Shown: positions 1 to 10,300 of the stretch, one piece after another
Position numbering within the stretch: position 1 is the stretch's first letter
How the letters are laid out: each line of letters opens with the position of its first letter
DNA from: an uncultured virus (IMG/VR IMGVR_UViG_3300045996_000972)
Lineage: Duplodnaviria > Heunggongvirae > Uroviricota > Caudoviricetes
Virus record (IMG/VR): IMGVR_UViG_3300045996_000972
DNA length: 64,000 nt
Direction: 5' to 3' (one strand)
Position numbers and translations under genes: made by a program
Notes under the pieces: model-generated
The model's input: the letters and a program-made list of their open reading frames with translations, nothing else
Database searches by the model: none
Told to the model about the DNA's origin: nothing

Positions 1-98
1 AGGTATTAACCGGCTCTCTGGAAGATATACGCAGGCGGGCGAAGGAACTGGTAGATAACATCAAGCCTGATAACTACTGGTCAAATCCAATGAAGTAA
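1..98 (+). CDS. partial hypothetical protein (3' end)
   Basis: Open frame from base 3 (VLTGSLEDIRRRAKELVDNIKPDNYWSNPMK) to TAA 96-98. Confidence 0.5.
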   Translation, partial: VLTGSLEDIRRRAKELVDNIKPDNYWSNPMK

Positions 99-140
99 CC
101 AATAAATCAAAAATCATTACATAATCACTAAACAAACAAT

Positions 141-314
141 ATGAGAACAATTTTACGGCTGATGAAGCCTTACATCACAAAGCGTCTCTTAAAGAAAGGT
201 TTCGACCGCCAATACATTAACGGATTCTTCTGGTCGGTAGGTGTTGACAATTATCTACCATTAGAGACAATGGATATTATAAGCGAATCTCACCCAATAA
301 ATCAAAAATCATGA
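141..314 (+). CDS. small hypothetical protein, 57 aa (not in ORF track)
   Basis: Hand-translated MRTILRLMKPYITKRLLKKGFDRQ...; A-rich leader; ATGA overlap with the 311 ORF. Confidence 0.6.
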   Translation: MRTILRLMKPYITKRLLKKGFDRQYINGFFWSVGVDNYLPLETMDIISESHPINQKS

Positions 315-517
315 ACTACAACAAAATGCCAGAGTACACCCCACCACCGATGCCGGAAGAAAAATTCACCCGTAGTCAACTGGTAGAGTTCGGCAACTAC
401 CTACTGTCAGAAGAAAGGAAATCCTTTTACACCGGGGACAATGTAGAAGAAAGACTGTCGCAGGTCAACCATGCTGATGTAGAGAACTGGTTGAACTTGG
501 CAGTAGAGCAGAACTAA
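311..517 (+). CDS. hypothetical phage protein, 68 aa
   Basis: ORF track; A-rich leader; LVEFGNYLLSEER...VNHADVENW. Confidence 0.7.
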   Translation: MNYNKMPEYTPPPMPEEKFTRSQLVEFGNYLLSEERKSFYTGDNVEERLSQVNHADVENWLNLAVEQN

Positions 518-541
518 AAGTACGCCTACAAACACATCAAC

Positions 542-766
542 ATGGAATGCCTAAATGATAAACACAAGCCGAGAGACAACAAGTTGGGGGTTACGTGGTG
601 CGTGAGATGCGGCAGATTGTTTAATAAGCCTTGCGGGAAAGATTTACTGGAGTCAGATAAGGTAGTTGTTAAGGTGAATAGCGAACAAGGCGATGCAGTG
701 AGTGACACAACGAGGACGAGTAAAGAACCGAACGCTGGCGACCAAAACCCAACGGAAGCCCAATAG
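542..766 (+). CDS. small Cys-containing (CxxC) hypothetical protein
   Basis: ORF track; WCVRCG motif. Confidence 0.55.
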   Translation: MECLNDKHKPRDNKLGVTWCVRCGRLFNKPCGKDLLESDKVVVKVNSEQGDAVSDTTRTSKEPNAGDQNPTEAQ

Positions 767-787
767 TATTACCTAACGCTACAAAAT

Positions 788-931
788 ATGAAAGCATTTG
801 ATTTAATAGCCTACTGGAAAAAAATATATCCGAGGATGAATAGAAACGAAAGCCGGAATAAAGGGTTGCTTATTCGTCGCACTTGCAGAGCAGTTAAAAA
901 CAAGGCACGACTGAAAGCAATGTTTTACTAA
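788..931 (+). CDS. small basic hypothetical protein, 47 aa
   Basis: Hand-translated MKAFDLIAYWKKIYPRMNR...KAMFY*; preceded by the CTAACGCTACAAAA spacer. Confidence 0.55.
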   Translation: MKAFDLIAYWKKIYPRMNRNESRNKGLLIRRTCRAVKNKARLKAMFY

Positions 932-949
932 CGCTACAAAACACACAAC

Positions 950-1048
950 ATGCATCCACCTGACATAAACAGAACCACCACCTGGAGAGTATTTATTGCC
1001 GTTCTTATCGCCTTGGCGATATTGGGCATAGTTCTGATCATCAAATAA
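950..1048 (+). CDS. 32-aa single-pass membrane peptide
   Basis: MHPPDINRTTTWRVFIAVLIALAILGIVLIIK*; one hydrophobic helix. Confidence 0.55.
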   Translation: MHPPDINRTTTWRVFIAVLIALAILGIVLIIK

Positions 1049-1055
1049 CGCCACA

Positions 1056-1625
1056 ATGGAAAATATAATAACACCGGAGAACTGCCGCGAATTACTGATC
1101 AAGATTTCAGACACAAAACGCCCGAGGTCGCCAACAGAAGTTTTCGATACGCACTTGTCATTTGTAGCCAAAGCTGCAGCTTGGAGTGTCGTTTACAATT
1201 TCTGTGTTCAACACGGCATGGAAACAACCGAACTTAACCAATCAGGTATTGAGCGAGTGATTACATTCCTTAATAGCAAGTTAGGCTTACCTGTAGCAGA
1301 TAAAACAAAAGTTGTTTGCTTTTGCGGTTCAACGCGATTTGCAGACCACTTTATGATTAAACGGTGGGAACTAGAAAAGCAAGGGATAATAACTTTTGGA
1401 ATCAACATTTTACCTAATAACTATTTCGCAGAAGGGAATGCGCATGGGGCCGAGCAAGAAGGCGTGAAAGATATTCTTGATGAATTGCATCAGCGAAAAA
1501 TTGATCTATCCGATGAAGTGTTTATTTTGAATGTTGGTGGTTACATCGGAGAATCTACGCGGAAAGAATTGAATTACGCTTTAAAAATAGGGAAGCCTGT
1601 TAAGTATTTGGAGCCAATAAAATAA
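1056..1625 (+). CDS. protein with C-terminal nucleoside 2-deoxyribosyltransferase-like (DUF4406-type) domain
   Basis: VCFCGSTRF...LDELHQRKIDLSDEVFILNVGGYIGESTRKELNYA signature. Confidence 0.7.
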   Translation: MENIITPENCRELLIKISDTKRPRSPTEVFDTHLSFVAKAAAWSVVYNFCVQHGMETTELNQSGIERVITFLNSKLGLPVADKTKVVCFCGSTRFADHFMIKRWELEKQGIITFGINILPNNYFAEGNAHGAEQEGVKDILDELHQRKIDLSDEVFILNVGGYIGESTRKELNYALKIGKPVKYLEPIK

Positions 1626-1690
1626 GCCCTTGTAAAAACAAGGGCCGCAACCAAAACTAACTGCTTATGAGAAAATTGACTACTACCCCA
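1616..1690 (-). ncRNA. candidate small RNA A
   Basis: Minus-strand TATTTTTG box (1703-1696), seed UUUUCUCAUAAGCAGUUAGUUUU, then hairpin 1626-1645 with a U-rich tail only on the minus strand. Confidence 0.4.
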
Positions 1691-1710
1691 ATCTACAAAA
1701 ATATTTTGAT

Positions 1711-2547
1711 ATGGCAATAACAAAAATCGAATGGACCGGAACAGAGCTTCCTGACGGGACCATTATTCCAGGCTACACCTTCAATCCGTGGTGGGGCTGC
1801 ATAAAGGTTTCTCCCGCCTGTAAGTTTTGCTATGCAGAAACACTATCGAAAAGGTGGGGGTTTGATGTGTGGGGTCCGAATACGTCACGTAGGTTCTTCG
1901 ATCGCAAGCATTGGCTGAAACCATATTCGTGGAACGCCAAAGCCAAGCAGTTGGGCGTTCGCTTAAAGGTGTTTTGCGCATCCATGGCGGACGTATTTGA
2001 AGATCATCCTGAATTACCAGAGGAACGTCAAAAATTATGGAAGGTAATAGAGGAAACGCCACACCTTGACTGGCTGCTTCTTACCAAACGTCCCGAGAAC
2101 ATCATGCAGATGATCCCTGTCGTATGGCACACACTCATGCCGCTCAATATCTGGATGGGCACCACCGCTGAAAACCAAGAAGAATACGACACACGATTGC
2201 CGTACCTGGCGCAAGTCCCGGCGCGCGTTCGTTTCCTTTCTTGCGAACCACTTCTTGGACCGATCGACTTATATTTCATTGGAACAGCACCAGCAGATTG
2301 GACTGGCGGCGCTTACCGATTGGTAGGGAACTTGATTCATTGGGTCATTGTAGGAGGCGAAAGCGGACACAAGGCAAGGCCGATGAACCCCAAATGGGCG
2401 AGATCCATTGAAAAGCAGTGCAAGGATTTTGATATAGCCTTTTTCTTCAAGCAATGGGGCAGCCATGATGCGGAAGGGAAAAAAGTAAACAGTAAATACG
2501 ACGCCGGAAAATTATTGGATGGCGTGGAACATATAGCATGGCCATGA
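1711..2547 (+). CDS. phage Gp37/Gp68 family (DUF5131) radical-SAM-like protein
   Basis: TKIEWT...FNPWWGCIKVSPACKFCYAE, SMADVF, LLTKRPEN, FLSCEPLLG, WVIVGGESG, FFFKQWG. Confidence 0.9.
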   Translation: MAITKIEWTGTELPDGTIIPGYTFNPWWGCIKVSPACKFCYAETLSKRWGFDVWGPNTSRRFFDRKHWLKPYSWNAKAKQLGVRLKVFCASMADVFEDHPELPEERQKLWKVIEETPHLDWLLLTKRPENIMQMIPVVWHTLMPLNIWMGTTAENQEEYDTRLPYLAQVPARVRFLSCEPLLGPIDLYFIGTAPADWTGGAYRLVGNLIHWVIVGGESGHKARPMNPKWARSIEKQCKDFDIAFFFKQWGSHDAEGKKVNSKYDAGKLLDGVEHIAWP

Positions 2548-2825
2548 GCTTAACCCGAAACGAACTGCAAACGATAATGAACCACCTGCCACCAGCGATG
2601 CCAGGCGTAGGGTTTGAAATAAGGCCCACCAGGCATTTGCCATACGAGCTTACCTATGAAGCCTGTGATGTTAAGTCCAGACAGCAATATAAAATATATA
2701 CTGGCGTGATCATCCACATGATCCAAGTGACAGCGCGCAGACTTATGGTGTCCGAAGATCTCTATAAAATGTTAAGTGACGTAAAACTATCGAATGGCCA
2801 GAGATCAGTTAAGTTCAGCGGTTAA
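2544..2825 (+). CDS. hypothetical protein
   Basis: ORF track (2538); ATG at 2544 overlaps the upstream stop as ATGA. Confidence 0.55.
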   Translation: MSLTRNELQTIMNHLPPAMPGVGFEIRPTRHLPYELTYEACDVKSRQQYKIYTGVIIHMIQVTARRLMVSEDLYKMLSDVKLSNGQRSVKFSG

Positions 2826-3123
2826 GAAGGTTCTGATCGGGCTATTAATAGCCGAATATGGGATGCGTCAATTACCAAACCGTATGTTCAGCAATAACAC
2901 ACTTAATCACAAGGCAACAAAAGCGATTGCCGCGGTGAGAGATATGCAGTTTTTTTTCCTGAACAATCCGGGCCACGACAACACTATTCGCGAGGCTTAC
3001 CACCGCGAATTTTTCGGGAACGAGAACCTGCTTGTGGCGGAGATCATGGAAACAATACACGGGCTCAATGAAGACGATTTAGCAATAATACTGGAAGGTT
3101 TACAATCAAATATTGAACAATGA
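2794..3123 (+). CDS. hypothetical protein
   Basis: ORF track; overlaps both neighbours in an operon-like series. Confidence 0.6.
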   Translation: MARDQLSSAVKKVLIGLLIAEYGMRQLPNRMFSNNTLNHKATKAIAAVRDMQFFFLNNPGHDNTIREAYHREFFGNENLLVAEIMETIHGLNEDDLAIILEGLQSNIEQ

Positions 3124-3434
3124 ATACCTTTTACAACACGATCAACCTTTGCGGCGAGGACTTGAAAGAGGCGAACGCGCAAGCGATGAAGCAGGAAGAC
3201 TTAATCGCTGCGATATTTACAGCGAACCGAGGACAGAAGATCTCACCATCGCAGATGAAGGAGATCATTTCGCGCAACTACGGGCACGACTGGCCATTGA
3301 CAAGTATACGACGAGGTATGACGAACTTAACACTTGTGTCGAACGGTAGCATTTTGGAAAAGACTGATGAAAAAGTTCCTGGGATATATGGCAAGCCTGA
3401 ACACCTTTGGAAATTACGCTCCCCTGACTGTTAA
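3120..3434 (+). CDS. putative winged-helix-like DNA-binding protein
   Basis: SPSQMKE...WPLTSIRRGMTNLT...GIYGKPEHLW; ATGA overlap. Confidence 0.55.
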   Translation: MNTFYNTINLCGEDLKEANAQAMKQEDLIAAIFTANRGQKISPSQMKEIISRNYGHDWPLTSIRRGMTNLTLVSNGSILEKTDEKVPGIYGKPEHLWKLRSPDC

Positions 3435-3474
3435 AATATAGGACCATTGCCGTAAAAAACATATCTTTGAACTC

Positions 3475-3542
3475 TCCGAAAATTGCGTGTTATCAATTTT
3501 TGGTATCAGTTTAGATGCCTGGCCTTTCGGTCGGGCATTTTT
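3475..3542 (+). ncRNA. candidate small RNA B
   Basis: TATCTTTG box 3462-3469, seed TTTGGTATCAGTTTA 3499-3513, terminator 3515-3542; no ORF in the unit. Confidence 0.45.
3515..3542 (+). terminator. intrinsic terminator
   Basis: ATGCCTGGCC-TTTC-GGTCGGGCAT stem (with G-U pairs) running into a T tract. Confidence 0.75.
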
Positions 3543-3548
3543 GTAGGC

Positions 3549-3556
3549 TATATTTG
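3549..3556 (+). promoter_or_regulatory. Bacteroidota sigma-A -7 element
   Basis: TATATTTG 4 nt before ATG 3561. Confidence 0.5.
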
Positions 3557-3560
3557 TTAA

Positions 3561-4385
3561 ATGCCAACCCCTTTTGAAACCGATAGAGGTGAAGTATCAG
3601 CTATTGTCAAAGCCAAGAACTGTAAGGATGCGGCTTTTGTTGATGCCACGACCACCTATGCGGAGCTGGCCGCCCTAATGTTCGCTTTCACTGAAATTTT
3701 CTCCTGCTTACCAAGCTATCTTGAAGATCTATTAACGGTCATACCCGACGCGGAACTGTTGACGGAGAACATTTATTTCAACAAAACACTCCCCGGACCA
3801 ATAACCAATCCCATATTCATCGTCAAGTCAACGCTTACCAACGTTGAAATACAAGGGAACGGCGATGTAGAGGCATTGCACATTCACCACGGGTCCGTAA
3901 TAGACACCTTGACGATCAAGTCAGGAACCGACCTGCAGTACCTTCTGGTGGCCGGAGGTAGCGTGATCAACAACCTGGTTATCGAGGACGGGGCCACGAT
4001 CGATTATATCGGGGTCAAAACCTGCAACGGTAAATACGCCAGCAGTGTGCCCCAGGGCTGCGATTTCAGCAAGATCAACGCCTTTTATTTTGAAGAGGTG
4101 GGAGAATTGGGAATCGAAGGAAACGACAACCCGTACACATACACCGCGATCGGACCTAATTCGATCACTATCCCCAAAACCGCGAAAGAGTTTCTCATTG
4201 TCAACCTGGGCAATGGCCTGAACGTATATGCGGACATTACCGTAACGGGAATTACCGGCACAGGCGTAATACCGAAGGATATCGCGCAGTATAAGGTGAA
4301 AGAGGACAGCAAGGATCTTATCACCAATGACATTGTTGTAACTCCGGCAACAGGACACCAAGTGTTCGTAAGCTACACAGTATGA
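3561..4385 (+). CDS. putative virion structural protein (beta-rich)
   Basis: ORF track; short beta-repeat-like segments (GSVIDTLTIK/GSVINNLVIE); ATGA-coupled to the tail fibre. Confidence 0.6.
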   Translation: MPTPFETDRGEVSAIVKAKNCKDAAFVDATTTYAELAALMFAFTEIFSCLPSYLEDLLTVIPDAELLTENIYFNKTLPGPITNPIFIVKSTLTNVEIQGNGDVEALHIHHGSVIDTLTIKSGTDLQYLLVAGGSVINNLVIEDGATIDYIGVKTCNGKYASSVPQGCDFSKINAFYFEEVGELGIEGNDNPYTYTAIGPNSITIPKTAKEFLIVNLGNGLNVYADITVTGITGTGVIPKDIAQYKVKEDSKDLITNDIVVTPATGHQVFVSYTV

Positions 4386-7300
4386 TAGAAGCAGTAAGAC
4401 GAGAAGATCATCAGCCAGGGTGCAACCAAGCGGTTGCTGCGCGTTATCTGGAGCTACTGAACTCCGGATGCTCGTTGATGGCCATGCTGTACAACGACGA
4501 TGCTACTACCACACTGGACAGCATCACGGAGGTCGCGCTTCAATACCAAGGCGCAACACGTATTCAATACGACCAGAACAAGGTCGAACTTTATGCCGAT
4601 AGCCACGTTCAAATAAACCCCGCCCTACGCCTGGCAAACGTGCCAACGCTTTCTTCTTCATCCAGTGTTTTAGTCCTTAACGGATATCAGGTGGAGCAGC
4701 GTACAATTGCGTCACTTTCTACCGCGATCGACTGGACACAAGGCTATGCCACCTACGATGCGCGATATGTGCCGCTGACCAGGCAGATCAACGGGCTGGC
4801 TTTATCAGCCAACCACACGTTTGCCACGGGCACCAGCGGAACCGATTTCAATATTTCATCTTCTGGAACGACACATACGTTTAATATTCCGGATGCGTCA
4901 ACGTCTAATAGGGGATTGATCACAACAGGGACACAAGGAATAAATGGGTTTAAAACGTTCCATGGATCACTATTGTTTAGATCGGGATTTGCCGTGAGTG
5001 ATACTTATGATCCAACCATTGCTATCTTGGGAGCTGTTCTTGGAACATCAGATACTACTCCTCAACTTCTTATCGGGGGAGCGTCTTCAATAACCGCCAG
5101 GATATTTGAAAGATCGAATCAAACACTTACAGCCGGCAACATAGGATCTTCTGTAATAGGTCATATTATCGGAACGCAGGTGTTTCAGACTTCAGCAAGC
5201 GGAACACACCCGATATTCACTCAATTAGCGATAAAGCCTCTTTCAATTACAAATAGCGGAGCCACTGTAACCAATTCAGCGTCCTTATATATTGAAGGAG
5301 CTGCGACAGGGGCTACCAACAACTATGCCCTTTGGGTAGATGCTGGCACGACCAGGCTGGACGGATCTGTTATTTTGAATACTCTTACTACAAATGTTAC
5401 ATCAACCGATATACTAGTAAGCAATAGTGGAACGGTTGAAAAGCGAACACTTGCATCCCTTATTAGCGGAGGAGGTATTACTACCGGATCAGGAACCCTT
5501 GATTATCTCGCCAGGTGGACTTCATCATCTACGCTTGGCCTCGGTGCGACAAGGGATAACGGAACCCAAGTAGGTATTAATATAGCACCAAGCGCATCTT
5601 ATGGATTATCCCTTAATGGTAATCTTGCGATACATGGAACAGCTTCTACATACAAGGCTATTGAGATTGCCACCTATGCCGGGACTACACCAGCTCACGT
5701 TATTGGTGATGATGGCGGGGCGTTCTTCGGTAATGGATTAAATATAGCTTCATCAGGAAGTAACTCACAGGTATTCCTTCAGCCTGTATCAGTGGGAAGG
5801 AATGTGAATGTAGGGTCTGCTACTGCTCTTGGCTCTAAGCTGGGTGTGAAAGGTGACAGCACAATGGCCGCAGTATTCACAGCATACAATTCAGCAGATA
5901 TTATAGTGCTTCAAGCCGGCCAATCAGCTTCAGGCATTGGATACGGTGTAGGCATTGGTGGCGCGTTTGACTTCAACTATCCTTTAAAAGTAACAGGACA
6001 AAGCTGGTTCACCGGTAATACAGGTATAGGAACAGCACCAGTGACTAATACAGGGTATACAACCCTTGCTATAAATGGCACTTCTGGGGGTATTCTGGAA
6101 TTAATGACAGGTGGAGTTAGCAAGGCTCAAATGTACACTGATGCAAGTCACGTTTATCTTGCTACCATAAGTAATGCAAATGATATCGTCCTTGGTAACT
6201 CATACCTAAGAGTATACGGTGGCGTTTCTCCAACTTACAGGGTAAGCGTATCAGGAACTTCATATCTGAATGGTAATGTAGGTATTGCAGTTGCTCCCCA
6301 CGCAACCCACAGATTTGCTATAGACGGCAATATATTCTTTGCAGGTAATCCTTCCTCTACAGGTAACAATTTATATAACGCCAGTGGCAATACCATGATC
6401 GGGTGGGATTCTTCCACATTATATGTAGGGTTGAGTTTCGGTTCCGCACAAATTCACATGGGAACAAGCGGTACTGGCAAGTTCAGGTGGAGAAGTACCG
6501 GTAACTTCGAACTTGATGCTGCAAGGTTACTCGTAAACACCAACACTGATGATGGATTTCAAGCAGACATCAACGGTACACTTAGATCATCTGATATAAC
6601 TCTACGATCAGGAGCAACTAGAAATATTATAGTTCAAAATCCATCTTCAACAGGAGCAGGCAATAACCTAAGCATAAGTGCAGCATCAGGTACAACATCA
6701 GGTGCAGGGGGCACACTTACATTAAATGGTGGAGTAGGGGTAGGTGGTTCTGCACACGGTAATATATTCTTAAAGTCAGAGACAGTAGTAATTGGTAGAA
6801 GTTACGCAGGGAACGTCAATAATACTTATCAACTAGATGTTAGCGGCGGACTACCTTCGTTGTTCTGGAGATCATCTAATATATACTACCTCATAAATCA
6901 GGGGTCGTCTTATAGCGAAACTGTACTTACGGCGCAAGGGTACACACTTGGTATTTACGCTAATCCACAAGTAGGTAACCAATCCGGTAGTGCAGGAACA
7001 TACTACGGTCAAAGTGTTGGTATAGTATCAAATACCAGCATTCCTATTGTATTCGGTATCGGCACAAGCGAGAAATTGCGATTAAGCACCGGAACGTATT
7101 CCACAGATATTACAGGTACAGCTAGAGCTACTTCAGACCTGTATGCCAACACAAGAATATCACTTGGTGGATCATCATTTGTTACCTGGGCTAGTGGACT
7201 ATATACGATGCAGGGAGTGAGTGGTATCAACTCTGTAATGTTAGCCAGTAATGCTACTAGTGGTGTCCATATCACTACAAACGCATATCACAATGGTACT

Positions 7301-10300
7301 AACTGGAAATATGTAGCAGCAGCCGCAGCAGCAAATATGTCTACCAGTGAGACTGGATTATTATTCAGGGTAGCACCAGTCGGTACAGCAGGAGCAGATG
7401 TTTCTTGGGTTAATGCGTTAAGTGTGGGATTGACTGGTTATTTCACATACACTTCATCAGCAGCATCAGGATCACACGTTAGTGAGTGGACAAGTACTAA
7501 CACACCTATTAAGATCAAATTTCTACTAGGCTCATCTGCCGCTCAAATTTCTAATTCCGGTGGGGCGGGAGGATTACAAATAAATGACACTGCTACTGGG
7601 TTTTTACAGATAGACGTTGGAAGGATTGTAACTCCGGCAAGCTGGCCGATTATATCAGCATCCGGTAATTTATTATTAAGAGGGAACACATCAGGAACAG
7701 CGGGTAATGGTGTACTTATCCAATCATTCCATAGCGGCGATTGGCAACCTGCCTTTACTATTCTAAATGGTACTAGTACATCTCTCTTCTCTGGTTCAGT
7801 AACAGCAGCTTCATCTGTAGCTAGGGGTGTATATATGAATCAAACTTTGGTTCAGGCTGCTGCTAGTGACTTCTTATCTGGCCTTGAAATAAATACCACA
7901 TTTAATGTAGGTGCAGGAGCATTAGCTCATAAAGCCTATTATCTAAAGGTGGGTGGATCAGGATACGCACCTTCTGCATATACCACTAATAATTATGTAA
8001 CAGGTATTGAAGTAGATCAGGTTTTTACTAATACTCACTATGCTATTGGTATAAGAATTAATAGTACGTACAATAATGTACAGTATGCAACAGCTTTAAG
8101 AATTGATAATAGTGCTTATTGGGCTATATATCAAAGTTCAACATCTGCTATGAACCTTATAGCAGGTAAGACAGCATTTGGATTTAGTGGTGGAGCTTAC
8201 GGGGATCCAACCCATGCTACAGCTACTACCAATGGGGCTATAATAAATATTGCTAATGATGCTACTTATGGGGCGATTAAGATAGGTACAGCAGGGATAA
8301 ATACCCAACACCTCATTTTCAGTCATACGGAATCCGGTTCAACGCATAGTGCTATCTCTAATACGTATGATAATGCTGGTTCTCTCTTCGATATAAGAAT
8401 GAGAGGTAACACAAATACCCACCATGTTCTTAGGTTCGTAGGTGATTCTACTACCTTGTTTAATACAGGTAGAAGCACCCAGGCTGCTATCAATAGGTAT
8501 ACCTTTGCCATGAGTGGTGATGCTGTTAGTTCTACCCAGAATCAAATACACTTTACAGGACTGGTAGGTACACAGGCATCGGGTATCGCCAATATCATAA
8601 ATATAGCCCCTAGTTATAATACTGGTTCAAGTGGTGGAGGACAAACCCACAGGGGTATTTATTATAACCCAAGCTACGCTGTAGCTATGCCTCAAGCAAT
8701 ACCACATTATGCTTTTGAAAGTACAAGTGGTATGCAGAAGTATGGGTATAAAACTGATACATCTACAAGTTCCGTTAGATTAGGTAGTGGTTATGAATTA
8801 TTTGGAACAACACATGCTAGTTTAGGTTATCACTATTATATATCTCCAGAAGGATGGGCAGGTGGATGGGGTGTTAGAATAGGAAATAGTACTAGTTACA
8901 CTACTATATATGATGGTGGGCTAAGTACTGGTGTTTTATCTGCTAGCTCAGCAATATTTATGGGAGGAGTTCTAAAAACATACTCAAGTTCACCACAAAC
9001 AGGATGGGAATTTGCTGATAGTAGTGGTTGGAGTTTTGTGCTAAGAGGTGCTAGTATAAACCACATGACTATAAGTACTACGGGCTATGTGTCATTCCCT
9101 GCTGAGGTGTATTCTGCTACAAGATTAAAGGCTGGTAACTTTGCTACTGGTGGCGGAGTAGGTGCAACAGATAAAATTATTACAGATGGTGTTGTAAGAG
9201 CAGCCGGTGGACTTAATTTAAGAAGCCCTGTTTATGGTGATAATACTTTTTATGGAATACTACAATCATTGGGCGGGGTAGATATTGTATCTGCTGGCGG
9301 TACAGTGGCTTACTTTAATACTGTTGGTGGCGGTACAGGGAATGTGGTTACAATTGGAGGATATGCTCACAACCCTCCTTCTGGTACAGGAACGGTAAAT
9401 AATCTTTTGCTTAGTAATGGGATTACACCAACGGGTGCTAATTCTATTAATTACAACTATATCCATATCGCACCAAGCATTGTTCAGAGCACTTTCGGTA
9501 CTGGTACTTTAACTATGCTGAAGGTTGCGCCTGGTGTGACATCGTTAAATACTTCTACCCTAAATCTGGCCGAGTTCCATGTAACCGCATCAGCGTCTGC
9601 TGCCGGAAGTAGCCGGTTAGCTAATAATAGTCTGTATAAGATCACAAACCAGTATGGTGGTCACGGTGATATTTACTGGAAGTTCCAAATGATTGGGGCT
9701 AACTCAACACCTTCTACAATAGATGGTGGCTATATGAGAGTGGCGTTTAATGACGCTGGTACAGGGGGTTCCGATTTTGAAATTGCTAATAGAGGTGCTA
9801 GTTCTACAGCAGTTAGATTTCTTATTAGTGGTATTAATGTTTTTGTTGGAGGAACTAATGAACAATCTGGATTATACTTCAGAAGAGGCATTACCAACGG
9901 TGGCGATCATTTGCTCAGTGTCGAGCGTCAAGCTAACAACAACTTTGCAGGAGATAATATAGCAATTCAGGGAGGCTCTCCGTATCTCGGAACAACCAAT
10001 GCTAATGGAGGTAATATAAAGCTAATAGGTGGTGTTGCTACTGGATCAGGATCATCCAATGTTGATATTTATGTAACAGGTGGTGGATCATCAGGCACAA
10101 CCGATAATACAACACAGACTCATGTGCTCAGGGCACAGGGTAGCGATAAGACATTGAAGTTCTATGGTGCAGCAGGAGGTTCTTACACTACCACCATGGC
10201 ATTAACAGGTATTGGATTAATATTGGGGCATGATTCAGCGTCCAGAACACTTGAACTACAAACCAGTTCAACCACACGTATCAGTATTGCAGGTGGTGGT

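Noticed and set aside
8750..8762. AAAACTGATACAT copy of the leader motif inside the tail fibre gene
   Set aside because: Mid-CDS with no adjacent start codon; probably chance
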